A DNA stretch of 64,000 nucleotides from Somniosus microcephalus (GCA_052327205.1 JBMRGM010000041.1:47554001-47618000), one strand, 5' to 3'; shown: positions 22,601-34,900, counted from the first letter of the stretch. Numbers and translations: made by a program. Notes: generated by a model not told the origin, from the sequence alone.

Positions 22601-25600
22601 ACACACTGTCTGATCTCACAGGGCCCATCCTCCCTGGATTACAACATGTGTGATCTCACTGGGCCCATCCTCCCAGGGTTGCACATTGTCTGAACTCACT
22701 GGGCCAATCCTCCCCGGATTACACACTGCCTGATCTCACTGCGGGCATCCTCCCAGGGTTACACACTCTCTGATCAAACTGGGCACATGCTCCACGTGTT
22801 ACAAACTGTCTAGTCCCACTGGGCCCATCCTCCCAGGTTTACACACTGTCTGATCTCACTGGGCCAATCCTCCCTGGGTTACACACTGTCTGATCTCACT
22901 GCGCCCATCCTCACAGGGTTACACTCTGTCTGATCTCACTGGGCCCATTCACACCGGATTAAACACTGTCTGATCTCAACGGGCCCATCCTTCACGGATT
23001 ACACATTGTTTCATCTCACAGTTCCGATCCTCGGCGGGTTACACACTGTTTGATCTCACTCTGCCGATCCTCCAAGGCTAACACACGGTCTGACCTCACT
23101 GGGCCCATCCTCTCCGGGTTAGACACTGTCTGATTTCCCTGGGACCATGCTCCCCGGGATACACACTGTCTGATTTCAATGGGCCCATCTTCCACGGGTT
23201 ACACACTGTCTGATCTCATTCGGCGCATCCTCCTTGGGTTAAACGCAGTCTGATCTCACTGGGCCCATATTCCACGGGATACACACTGTCTGATCTCACT
23301 GCTCCCATCCTCCTCGGATTACACAATGTCTTATCTCACTGGGCCCATAGTCCCAGGATCACACACTCTCTGATCACAATGGGCGCATCTTCCCCGAATA
23401 ACACTGTGTCTGATCTCACTGTGTCCATCCTCCCCCGGTTAACACATTGTCTGATCTCACTGGGCCCATCCTCCCCGGGTTACACACTCTCTGATTACAT
23501 TGGGCACATCCTCCCCGGGTTACACACTGTCTGATTACATTGGGCCCATCCTACCTGCTCTGCACACTGCCTGATGCCACTGGCCTCACCCCCCCCCGGG
23601 TTACACACTGTCTGATCTCACTGGGCACATCCTTCCCGGGTTACACACTGTCTGATCTCACTGGGCAAATCATCCCCGGGTTACTCACTGTCTGATCTCA
23701 CTGGGCCCATCCTCCACGGGTGCCACACTCGCTGATCTTACTGGCCCCAATCTCCCCGGGATAAACACTGTCTGAAAACATGGGGCCCATTCTCTCCGGT
23801 TTAGACAATGTCTGATTGCACTGGACCCATCCTCCTCGGGTTACACAAAGTCTGATCTCACTGCGCCGATCCACTATGGGTATCACACAGTCTGATCTCA
23901 CTGGGCCCATCCTCCACGTTTTACTCACTCTCTGATCAGACTGGGCCTATCCTCTCCGTGTTACACACTGTCTCATCCCACTGGGTTCGTACTCCCCGGA
24001 TAAACACTGTCTGATATCACTGGGCCTACCCTCCCAGGGTTACAAACTGTCTGATCTCACTGGGCTCATCCTCCCGGGATTACACTCTGTCTGATCTCAC
24101 TGGGCCCAACTTCCGAGGATTAAACACTCTCTGATCACACTGGGCCCATGCTCCACGATTTACACTCTATCCAGTCTCACTGGGCCCATCCTCCCAGGTG
24201 TACACTCTGTCTGAGCTCTCTGGGACAATCCTCACCGGGTTACACACTGTTTGATCTCACTGGGCTCATCCACCCCATGTTACACACTGTCTGATCTCAC
24301 TGGGCCATTCCTCCCCGGTTTACACACGGTCTGATCTCATTGGCCCATCCTCCCAGGGGTACACACTGTCTGATCTCACTGGGCCCGTCCTCCCCAGGTT
24401 GCACACTGTCTGATCTCACTGGGCCCAATCTCCCCAGGTCACACACTGCCTGATCTCACTGGACCCATCCTCACCGGGATGCACACTGTTTAATCTCACG
24501 AGGTCCATCCTACCGGGTTACACACTGTCTGATCCCATTGGGCCCAACCTCCCCGGGTTACATACTGTCTGATCTCCCTGGGCCTATCCTCACCGGGTTA
24601 CACACTGTCTCAGTTCATTGGGCCCATCCTCTCCGCGTTACACACTGCCTGATCTCACTAGGGACATCCTCCCCGAGTTATACACTGTCTGATTTCACTT
24701 GCCCCATCCTCCCCGGTTTCCACACTGACTGATATCACTGCGCCCATCCTCACCAGGTTACACACTCTGTAATCTCACTGGGCCCATCCTCCCCGAGCTA
24801 CACGCTGTCTGATCGCACTGGGCCCATCCTCCCCGGTTTATACACTGCCTGATAAAACTGGGCCAATGCTCACCGTGGAACACACATTCTGATCTCACGG
24901 GGCCCATCCTCCCCGGTTTAAACAGTGTCTGAACTCACTGGGCTCATCGTCCTCGGGTTACACACTGTCTGACCACATTGGGCACATCCTCTCCGGGTTA
25001 TACACTGTCTGCTCGCACAGGACCCCTCCTCACCGGGTTACACCCTGTCTGATATCACTGCGCCTATCCACCCCGGATTACACACAGTCTGATCTCACTG
25101 GGCCCATTCTCCAAGGGTTACACACTCTCTGATCAGACTGGGTCCATTCTCCCCGTGTTCCACACTGTCCCATCCCACTGGGTCCATCCTCCCCGGTTAC
25201 ACACTGTCTGATCTCACAGGGCCCATCAGCCCCGGATAACACACTGTGTGATCTCACTGGGCCCATACTCCCAGGGTTACCTACTGTCTGATCTCACTGG
25301 GCCCATCCTCCCCGGATTACACACTGTCTGATCTCACTGGGCCCATCCTCCCAGGGTTACACACTCTCTGATCAAACCAGGCCCATGCTCCACGAGTTAC
25401 ACACTGTCGAGTCCCACTGGGCCCATCCTCCCAGGTTTACACACTGACTGATCTCACTGGGCCAGTCCTCCCTGGGTTACACACTGTCTGATCTCACAGC
25501 GCCCATCCTCACAGGGTTACACACTGTCTGATCTCACTGGGCCCATCCACCCCGAGTTACACACTGTCTGATCTCAGCGGGCCCATCTTTCACGGATTAC

Positions 25601-26185
25601 ATACTGCCTCATCTCACAGTTCCAATCCTCCGCGGGTTACACACTGTTTGATCTCACTGGGCCGTTCCTCCAAGGATTCACACTGTCTGACCTCACTGGG
25701 CCCATCCTCACCGGGTTATTCATGTGTGATCTCACTTGCCCCATCCTCCCCGGTTTCCACACTGCCTGATATCACTGCGCCCATCCTCACCAGGTTACAC
25801 ACTCTGTAATCTCACTGGGCCCATCCTCCCCGAGCTACACGCTGTCTGATCGCACTGGGCCCATCCTCCCCGGTTTATACACTGCCTGATAAAACTGGGC
25901 CAATGCTCACCGTGGAACACACATTCTGATCTCACGGGGCCCATCCTCCCCGGTTTAAACACTGTCTGAACTCACTGGGCTCATCGTCCTCGGGTTACAC
26001 ACTGTCTGACCACATTGGGCACATCCTCTCCGGGTTATACACTGTCTGATCGCACAGGACCCCTCCTCACCGGGTTACACCCTGTCTGATATCACTGCGC
26101 CTATCCACCCCGGATTACACACAGTCTGATCTCACTGGGCCCATTCTCCAAGGGTTACACACTCTCTGATCAGACTGGGTCCATT
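13640..26185. repeat. 40-bp satellite, left block (about 310 monomers)
   Basis: Consensus CTGTCTGATCTCACTGGGCCCATCCTCCCCGGGTTACACA, head-to-tail, single orientation. Confidence 0.99.
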
Positions 26186-26279
26186 AGAGTCATAGAGTCA
26201 TAGAGTCATAGAGTAATACAGCACAGATAGAGGCCCTTCGGCCCATCGTGTCCATGCCGGCCATCAAGCCCTGTCTAAT

Positions 26280-29138
26280 CTAATCCCATATTCCAGCATT
26301 TGGCCCGTAGCCTTGTATGCTATGGCATTTCAAATGCTCATCCAAATGCTTCTTAAATGTTGTGAGGGTTTCTGCCTCCACAATCCTTTCAGGCAGTGAG
26401 TTCCAGACTCCAACCACCCTCTGGGTGAAAAAGTTCTTTCTCAAATCCCCTCTAAACCTCCCTCCCTTTACCTTGAATCTATGCCCCCTAGTTATTGACC
26501 CCTCTACTAAGGGGAAAAGCTCCTCAGCATCCATCCTATCTATGCCCCTCACAATTTTGTACACCTCAATCATGTCCCCCCTCAGCCTCCTCTGCTCCAA
26601 GGAAAACAAACCCAATCTGCCCAGTCTCTCTTCATAGCTGAAGCGCTCCAGCCCTGGTAACATCCTGGTGAACCTCCTCTGCACCCTCTCTAACGCGATC
26701 ACATCTTTCCTGTAGTGTGGCGACCAGAACTGCACACAGTATTCCAGCTGTGGCCTAACCAGTGTTTTATACAGCTCCATCATAACCTCCTTGCTCTTAT
26801 ATTCTATGCCTCGGCTAATGAAGGCAAGTATCCCATATGCCTTTTTTACCACCTTATCCACCTGTTCCGCCGCCTTCAGGGATCTGTGTACCTGCACACC
26901 CAGATCCCTCTGACCCTCCGTCTTGCCTAGGGTCTTACCATTCATTGTGTATTCCCTTGCCTTGTTAGACCCCCCAAAGTGCATCACCTCGCACTTTTCC
27001 GGGTTAAATTCCATTTGCCACTGTTCCGCCCATCTGACCAACCCATCTATATCGTTCTGCAGACTGAGGCTACCCTCCTCGCTATTTACCACCCTACCAA
27101 TTTTAGTATCATCCGCGAATTTACTGATCATACCCTTTACATTCATATCCAAGTCATTAATGTAGACCACAAACAGCAAGGGACCCAGCACCGATCCCTG
27201 TGGTACCCCACTGGCCACAGGTTTCCAGTCACAAAAACAACTTTCGACCATCACCCTCTGCCTTCTGCCACTAAGCCAGTTTTGTATCCAATGTGCCAAG
27301 GCACCCTGGATTCCATGGGCTCTTACCTTCTTGACCAGTCTCCTGTGCGGGACTTTATCGAAGGCCTTACTGAAATCCATGTATACCACATCCACTGCGT
27401 TACCCTCATCCACACACCTAGTCACCCCCTCAAAAAATTCAATCAAATTAGTCAGACATGATCTTCCCTTGACAAAGCCATGTTGACTATCCCTGATTAA
27501 TCCTTGCCTCTCCAAGTGGAGACAAATTTTGTCCCTCAGGATTTTTTCCAGTAATTTTCCTACCACTGATGTTAGGCTCACTGGCCTGTAGTTCCCCGGT
27601 TTTTCCCTACTACCCTTCTTGAATAATGGTACTACATTAGCGGTTCTCCAGTCCTCTGGCACATCCCCTGTGGCCAGAGAGGTCCTGAATATATGTGTTA
27701 GAGCCCCCGCAATCTCCTCCTTTGCCTCACACAGCAGCCTGGGGTACATTTCATCGGGGCCTGGGGATTTATCCATTTTTAGGCCAGCTAAAACCGCCAA
27801 TACCTCCTCCCTCTCGATGTTAATATGTTCGAGCATATCACAGTCCCCCCGCCCTATTTCTATGTCTACGTCGTCCTTCTCCATAGTGAAAACAGATGCA
27901 AAAAATTCATTTAGAACCCCTCCTACATCTTCCGGCTCCACACACAGATTGCCACTTTTGTCCCTAATGGGCCCTATTTTTTCCCTAGTTATCCTTTTAC
28001 CCTTAATATACTTATAAAACATCTTCGGATTTTCCTTTATTTTGCTCGCCAGTGTTATTTCATGGCCCCTCCTTGATCTCCTAATTTCTTTTTTAAGTAT
28101 CCCCCTGCACTTTTTGTACTCCTCTAGGGCTTCCTCCGTCTTTAGCCTTTTGTATCTACCAAAAGCCCTCCTTTTTTTCCTAATCCATTCCCGTATATCC
28201 CCTGACATCCACGGTTCCCTGTGGTTTTTGGAACCACTCTTGACCTTTATGGGAACATGTTGCCCTTGTATGATCTCAATCTCCCTTCTGAAAGCCTCCC
28301 ATTGCTCCGATGCGGATTTTCCTACAAGTAGCTGATCCCAGTCCATTTTGGCCAGATCCTGCCTTATCCTATTAAAATCGGCCTTCCCCCAATTTAGAAC
28401 CTTTATTTCCGGCCCATCCCTGTCCTTTTCCATGACCACCTTAAATCTTACCATATTATGGTCACTATCACCAAAGTGCTCACCTACTAGCACTTTTTCC
28501 ACTTGGCCGGCCACATTCCCTAGAATTAGGTCCAGTACCGCCCCCTCTCTTGTAGGACTTTCTACATGCTGGCTCAAAAAGCTCTCCTGGATGCACTTTA
28601 AGAATTCTACACCCTCTGAGCCTTTCACACTTTGACTATCCCAGTTAATATTGGGGAAGTTGAAATCCCCCATTATTATTACCCTATTATTTGCACATTT
28701 CTCTGAGATTTGCCTACATATCTGTTCCTCTATCTCCCCCTGACTGTTTGGAGGCCTATAGTACACTCCCAGCAAAGTGCTTGCCCCCTTTTTGTTTTTA
28801 AGCTCCACCCATATGGCCTCATTAGAGGACCCAGCTAATATATCATCCCTCCTTACTGCAGTAATTGACTCCTTAATTAATATTGCGACACCCCCTCCTC
28901 TTATACCTCCCCCTCTGTCTCGCCTGAAGATTCTGTACCCCGGAATATTGAGCTGCCAGTCTTGCCCCTCCCTCAACCATGTCTCAGTGATAGCAACAAT
29001 ATCATACTCCCATGTGTTTATCAACACCTTCAGTTCATCCACCTTATTTGCAAGGCTCCTTGCATTAAAATAGATGCCATCCAGCCTTGCCCTTATATAT
29101 TTGCCCTGCCTACCAAGCTGACTTGTTTTTTCCTCCAT
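26280..29138 (-). CDS. CR1 ORF2: AP endonuclease + reverse transcriptase, 952 aa from the first ATG (frame is open up to the ORF1 end)
   Basis: APE: FNARS, ITETW, YYRPP, GDFN, LDL, SDH. RT: PGPD, YRPVSL, QHGF, DFSKAFD, GVPQGSVLGP, FADD. No internal stops. The track start at 29189 is GTG. Confidence 0.97.
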   Translation of the reverse strand: MEEKTSQLGRQGKYIRARLDGIYFNARSLANKVDELKVLINTWEYDIVAITETWLREGQDWQLNIPGYRIFRRDRGGGIRGGGVAILIKESITAVRRDDILAGSSNEAIWVELKNKKGASTLLGVYYRPPNSQGEIEEQICRQISEKCANNRVIIMGDFNFPNINWDSQSVKGSEGVEFLKCIQESFLSQHVESPTREGAVLDLILGNVAGQVEKVLVGEHFGDSDHNMVRFKVVMEKDRDGPEIKVLNWGKADFNRIRQDLAKMDWDQLLVGKSASEQWEAFRREIEIIQGQHVPIKVKSGSKNHREPWMSGDIREWIRKKRRAFGRYKRLKTEEALEEYKKCRGILKKEIRRSRRGHEITLASKIKENPKMFYKYIKGKRITREKIGPIRDKSGNLCVEPEDVGGVLNEFFASVFTMEKDDVDIEIGRGDCDMLEHINIEREEVLAVLAGLKMDKSPGPDEMYPRLLCEAKEEIAGALTHIFRTSLATGDVPEDWRTANVVPLFKKGSREKPGNYRPVSLTSVVGKLLEKILRDKICLHLERQGLIRDSQHGFVKGRSCLTNLIEFFEGVTRCVDEGNAVDVVYMDFSKAFDKVPHRRLVKKVRAHGIQGALAHWIQNWLSGRRQRVMVESCFCDWKPVASGVPQGSVLGPLLFVVYINDLDMNVKGMISKFADDTKIGRVVNSEEGSLSLQNDIDGLVRWAEQWQMEFNPEKCEVMHFGGSNKAREYTMNGKTLGKTEGQRDLGVQVHRSLKAAEQVDKVVKKAYGILAFISRGIEYKSKEVMMELYKTLVRPQLEYCVQFWSPHYRKDVIALERVQRRFTRMLPGLERFSYEERLGRLGLFSLEQRRLRGDMIEVYKIVRGIDRMDAEELFPLVEGSITRGHRFKVKGGRFRGDLRKNFFTQRVVGVWNSLPERIVEAETLTTFKKHLDEHLKCHSIQGYGPNAGIWD

Positions 29139-29197
29139 AATTGGCAGCACATCCCCCCCTACTTCAGCTCCCCCCTGTATCCCATCCACCTGCCAAG

Positions 29198-29967
29198 TTA
29201 GTTTAAACCCCCCCCGACAGTGCTAGCAAACCTCCCCGCAAGGATATTTGTCCCGCTCTGGTTCAGGTGCAACCCGTCCGACTTGTACAAGTCCCACCTT
29301 TCCCAGAAGCAGGCCCAGTGATCCAGGAAAGTAAAACCCTCCCCCCTACACCAACTCTTTAGCCACGCATTCATCTGCTCTATCCTCCCATTCCTATACT
29401 TACTAGCACGTGGCACTGGGAGTAATCCAGAGATTACACCCTTTGAGGTCCTGCCCTTTAATCTGTTACCTAGCTCCCTAAATTCTTGATGCAGGACCTC
29501 ATCCCTCTTTTTACCTATGCCGTTGGTACCAATGTGGACCACGACCACTGGCTGTTCACCCTCCCCCTCCAGAATGCCCTGCAGCCGCTCAGTGACATCC
29601 TTGACCCTGGCACCAGGGAGGCAACAAACCATCCTGGAGTCACGTTTGCGGCCACAGAACCGCCTATCTGTTCCCCTTACTATAGAATCCCCTACCACTA
29701 TTGCTCTCCCACTCTTTTTCCCCCCCTCCTGGGCAGCAGGAGCACCCCCAGTGCCAGGAAGTTGGCTGCTGCTGCCTTCCCCTGGTGAGTCATCCCCCTC
29801 AACAGTATCCAAAGCGGTATACCTGTTTGAAAGGGGGATGTCCGCAGGGGTTCCCTGCACTACCTGCCTGCCTTTGTTGCTCCGCCTGATAGTCACTCCC
29901 TGTGCTGCCCTACCCTGAGGCGTGCACAACTCGCTAAACGTGGTATCCACGAGCCTCTCAGCATCGC
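29198..29967 (-). CDS. CR1 ORF1, 5'-truncated, with intact SGNH/GDSL esterase-like domain
   Basis: PLSNRY, VVGDSIVRG, CLPGA, VHIGTNG, DGLHL motifs. Ends GGT TTA AAC TAA. The N-terminal region is missing. Confidence 0.93.
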
Positions 29968-31902
29968 CGTGTTCTCCCCGTGTTCCACACTGTCCCATCC
30001 CACTGGGTCCATCCTCCCCGGTTACACACTGTCTGATCTCACAGGGCCCATCAGCCCCGGATAACACACTGTGTGATCTCACTGGGCCCATACTCCCAGG
30101 GTTACCTACTGTCTGATCTCACTGGGCCCATCCTCCCCGGATTACACACTGTCTGATCTCACTGGGCCCATCCTCCCAGGGTTACACACTCTCTGATCAA
30201 ACCAGGCCCATGCTCCACGAGTTACACACTGTCGAGTCCCACTGGGCCCATCCTCCCAGGTTTACACACTGACTGATCTCACTGGGCCAGTCCTCCCTGG
30301 GTTACACACTGTCTGATCTCACAGCGCCCATCCTCACAGCGTTACACACTGTCTGATCTCACTGGGCCCATCCACCCCGAGTTACACACTGTCTGATCTC
30401 AGCGGGCCCATCTTTCACGGATTACATACTGCCTCATCTCACAGTTCCAATCCTCCGCGGGTTACACACTGTTTGATCTCACTGGGCCGTTCCTCCAAGG
30501 ATTCACACTGTCTGACCTCACTGGGCCCATCCTCACCGGGTTATTCATGTGTGATCTCCCTGGGCCCATGCTCCCCGGGATACACACTGTCTGATTTCAA
30601 TCGGCCCATCTTCCACGGGTTACACACTGCCTGATCTAAATGGGCCCATCCTCCGCGGGTTACACACTGTCTGATCACACTGGTCTCATCCTCACCGGGT
30701 TCCACACTGTCTGATGCCATTGTCACCATCCTCCCCGGGTTACACACTGCCTGATCTCATTGGACCCATCCTCCCCGGGATACACACTGTCCACTCTCAC
30801 TAGACTCATCCTGCCTGGGTTACACACTGTCTGATTTCACTGGGCCATCCTACCCGGGATATACACTGACTGATAAAACTGGGCCAATGCTCACCGTGGT
30901 TCACACATTCTGATCTCACTGGACCCATCCTCCCCGGTTTAAACACTGTCTGCACTATCTGGGCTCTTCGTCCTCGGGTTACTCAATGTCTGATCACATT
31001 GAGCCCATCCTCTCCGGGTTAGACACTGTCTGATCGCACAGTACCCCTCCTCACCGGGTTAAACCCTATCTGATATCACTGGACCTATCCACCCCGGATT
31101 ACACACGGTCTGATCTCACTGGACCCATCCTCCAAGGGTTACACACTCTCTGATCAGACTGGGCCCAGCCTCCCCGTGTTACACACTGTCTCATCCCACT
31201 GGGTCCATCCTCCCTGGTTACACACTGTCTGATCTCACAGGGCCCATCCTCCCTGGATTACAACATGTGTGATCTCACTGGGCCCATCCTCCCAGGGTTA
31301 CACATTGTCTGAACTCACTGGGCCAATCCTCCCCGGATTACACACTGCCTGATCTCACTGGGGGCATCCTCCCGGGGTTACACACTCTCTGATCAAACTG
31401 GGCACAGGCTCCACGATTTACAATCTGTTCAGTCCCACTGGGCCCATACTCCCAGGTTTAGACACTGTCTGATCTCACTGGGCCAATCCTCCCTGGGTTA
31501 CACACTGTCTGATCTCACTGCGTCCATCCACACAGGGTTACACACTGTCTGATCTCGCTGGGCCCATCCACCCCGGGTTACACACTGTCTGATCTCAACG
31601 GGCCCATCCTTCACGGATTACACACTGTTTCATCTCACAGTTCCAATCCTCTGCGGGTTACACACTGTTTGATCTCACTGTGCCGATCCTCCAAGGCTTA
31701 CACACAGTCTGATCTCACTGGGCCCATCCTCACCGGGTTAGACACTGTCTGATTTCCGTGCGATCATGCTCCCCGGGATACACACTGTTTGATGTCATAG
31801 GGCCCAGCTTCCACGGGTTCCACACTGTCTGGTCTCATTCGGCGCATCCCCCTCGGGTTACACGCAGTCTGATCTAACTGGGCCCATATTCCACGGGTTA
31901 CA

Positions 31903-31929
31903 ATAGCAAAATACTGCAGATGTTGGAAA
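31903..31929 (-). mobile_element. 27-bp Penelope-like 3'-end insertion with 13-bp TSD
   Basis: atagcaaaatactgcagatgttggaaa is flanked by tccacgggttaca (31890-31902 and 31930-31942). Its reverse complement matches 12105-12131. Confidence 0.85.
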
Positions 31930-34900
31930 TCCACGGGTTACACACTGTCTGATCTCACTGCTCCCATCCTCCTCGGATTACACAATGTCTGATCTCACTG
32001 GGCCCATAGTCCCAGGGTCACACACTCTCTGATCACAATGGGTGCATCCTCCCTGAGTAACACTGTGTCTGATCTCACTGTGTCCATCCTCCCCCCGTTA
32101 ACACACTGTCTGATCTCAGTGGGCCCATCCTCCCCGGGTTACACACTGTCTGATTAAATTGGGCCCATCCTCCCCGGGTTACACACTGTCTGATTACATT
32201 GGGCCCATCCTACCTGCTCTGCACACTGTCTGATGCCACTGGGCCCATCCCCCCCGGGTTACACACTGTCTGATCTCACTGGGCACATCCTTCACGGGTT
32301 ACACACTGTCTGATCTCACTGGGCAAATCATCCCCGGGTTACTCACTGTCTGACCTCACTGGGCCCATCCTCCACGGGTTCCACACTGTCCGATCTCAGT
32401 GGCCCCAACCTCCCCGGGATAAACACTGTCTGATCACATTGGGCCCATCCTCTCCGGTTTAGACAATGTCTGATTGCACTGGACCCATCCTCCTCGGGTT
32501 ACACACGGTCTGATCTCACTGCGCTGATCCACTCCGGATTACACACAGTCTGATCTCACTGGGCCCATCCTCCAAGTTTTACACACTCTCTGATCAGACT
32601 GGGCCTATCCTCTCCGTGTTACACACTGTCTCATCCCACTGGGTCCATCCTCCCCGGATAAACTCTGTCTGATATCACTGGGCCTACCCTCCCAGGGTTA
32701 CAAACTGTCTGATCTCACTGGGCCCATCCTCCCGGGATTACACTCTGTCTGATCTCACTGGGCCCAACCTCCCAGGATTCAACACTCTCTGATCACACTG
32801 GGCCCATGCTCCACGATTTGCACTCTGTCGAGTCTCACTGGGCCCATCCTCCCAGGTGTATATTCTGTCTGATCTCACTGGGCCAATCCTCCCCGGGTTA
32901 CACACTGTCTGATCTCAATGTGCCCATCCACCACGGGTTACACACTGTCTGATCTCAACGGGCCCATCCTTCAAGGGTTACACACTGTCTCATCTCACGG
33001 TTCCCATCCTCTCCGTGTTACACACTGTTTGACCTCAACGGGCCCATCCTTCAAGGGTTACACACTGTCTCATCTCACGGTTCCCATCCTCTCCGTGTTA
33101 CACACTGTTTGACCTCAACGGGCCCATCCTTCAAGGGTTACACACTCTCTCATCTAACGGTTCCCATCCACTCAGGGTTACACACTGTTTGATATCAACG
33201 GTCCCATCCTTCAAGTGTTACACACTGTCTTATCTCACGGTTCCCATCCTCACCGGGTTACACAATGTCTGATCTCACTGGGCTCATGCTCCCCGGGATA
33301 CACACTGTTTGATATCACTGGGCCCATCTTCCACGGGTTACACACTGTCTGATCCCACTGGGCAAATTCTCCTCTGGTTACACACAGTCTGATCTCACAG
33401 GGCCCATATTCCCCGGGTTATATACTTACTGATCACACTGGGCCCATCCACCCCGGGTTACACACTGTCTGATCTCAACGGGCCCATCCTTCACGGGTTA
33501 CACACTGTTTCATCTCACGGTTCCCATCCTCCCCGAGTTACACACTGTCTGATCTCACTGGGCCGATCCTCCACGGATTACACACTGTCTGATCTCACTG
33601 GGCCCATCCTCCCCGGGTTACACACTGTCTGATCTCACTGGGACCATCCTCCACGGATTACACACTGTCTGATCACACTGGGCCCATCCTTCCCGGGTTA
33701 CACACTGTCAGATCTCACTGGGCTGATCCTCCACGGATTACACACTGTCTGATCTCACTGGGCCCATCCTCCCCGGGTTACACACTGTCTGATTTCACTG
33801 GGCCCATGCTCCCCGGTATACATTGTCTGATCTCACTGGGCCCATCCTCCACGGGTTACACACTGTCTGATCTCACTGTGCATATCATCCCCGGGTTTCT
33901 CACTGCCTGATCTCACTGGGCCCATCCTCTCCGGGTTACACACTGTCTGATCTCACTGGGCCCATTCTCCCCGGGGTATACACTGTCTGATCTCACTGGG
34001 CCCATCCTTCCCGGGGTACGCATTGTCTGATCTCAATGGGCCCATCAGCCACGGGTTACACACTGTCTGATCTCACTGGGCACAAATTCCCCGGGTTACT
34101 CACTGCCTGATCTCACTGGGCCCATCCTCGCCGGGTTACACAGTGTCTGATCTCACTGTGTCCATCCTCCCCGGGTTACTCACTGTCTGATATCACTGGG
34201 CCCATCCACCCCGGGTTTCGTACTGTGATCTCACTGGGCCCATCCTCACCGGGTTACAAACTGTCTGATTTCAATGGGCACATCCTCCTCGGGTAATGCA
34301 CTGTATTATCTCCCTGATCCCATCCTCCCGGGTTAAACACTGTCTGATCACACTGGGCCCATCCTCCCCGGTTTACACAGTCCGATCTCACTAGGTCCAT
34401 GCTTCCCGGGTTACACTGTATCGTCTCAGAGGGCCCATCCTCCCCGGGTTGCACACTGCCTGATCTCACTGCACCCATCCGCCACATGTTACACACAGTC
34501 TAATCTCACTGGGTACATCCGCCCCTCATTACACTCTGACGGATCTCACTGGACCCATCCTCCCAGGGATACACACTGCCTGATCTCACTTGGCCCACCC
34601 TTCACGGGTTACACAATGTCTGATCTCACTGTGCCCATCCTCCACGGGCAGCACACTGTCTGATCTCACTGGGCACATTTGCCCCTTGTTACACACTGCC
34701 TGATCTCACTGGGCCCATCCTCCCCGGGTAACAAACAGTCTGATCTCACTGGGCCCGTCCTCCCTGGGTTACACACTTTATGCTCTCACTGGGCCAACCT
34801 CCAAGGGTTACACACTCTTGGATTTCACTGGGCCCATCCTCCTCGGGTTACGCATTGTGTGAACTCAGTGGGCCCATCCTCCCTGGATTACACACCATCT

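Larger units (their letters stand above)
26186..29971 (-). mobile_element. Young 5'-truncated CR1 LINE inserted in the satellite
   Basis: Partial ORF1, intact ORF2, 3' UTR hairpin GGCC-GAAG-GGCC, (CTCTATGA)n tail, sharp satellite junctions. Confidence 0.98.
24695..30558. repeat. 1,037-bp tandem duplication (26 monomers); copy 2 carries the CR1
   Basis: 24701 matches 25738 and 25141 matches 26178 (offset 1037). 25147 matches 29972 and 25716 matches 30541 (offset 4825). Confidence 0.9.

Noticed and set aside
26317-29918. Plus-strand ORFs over the CR1
   Set aside because: Antisense shadows of ORF1 and ORF2.
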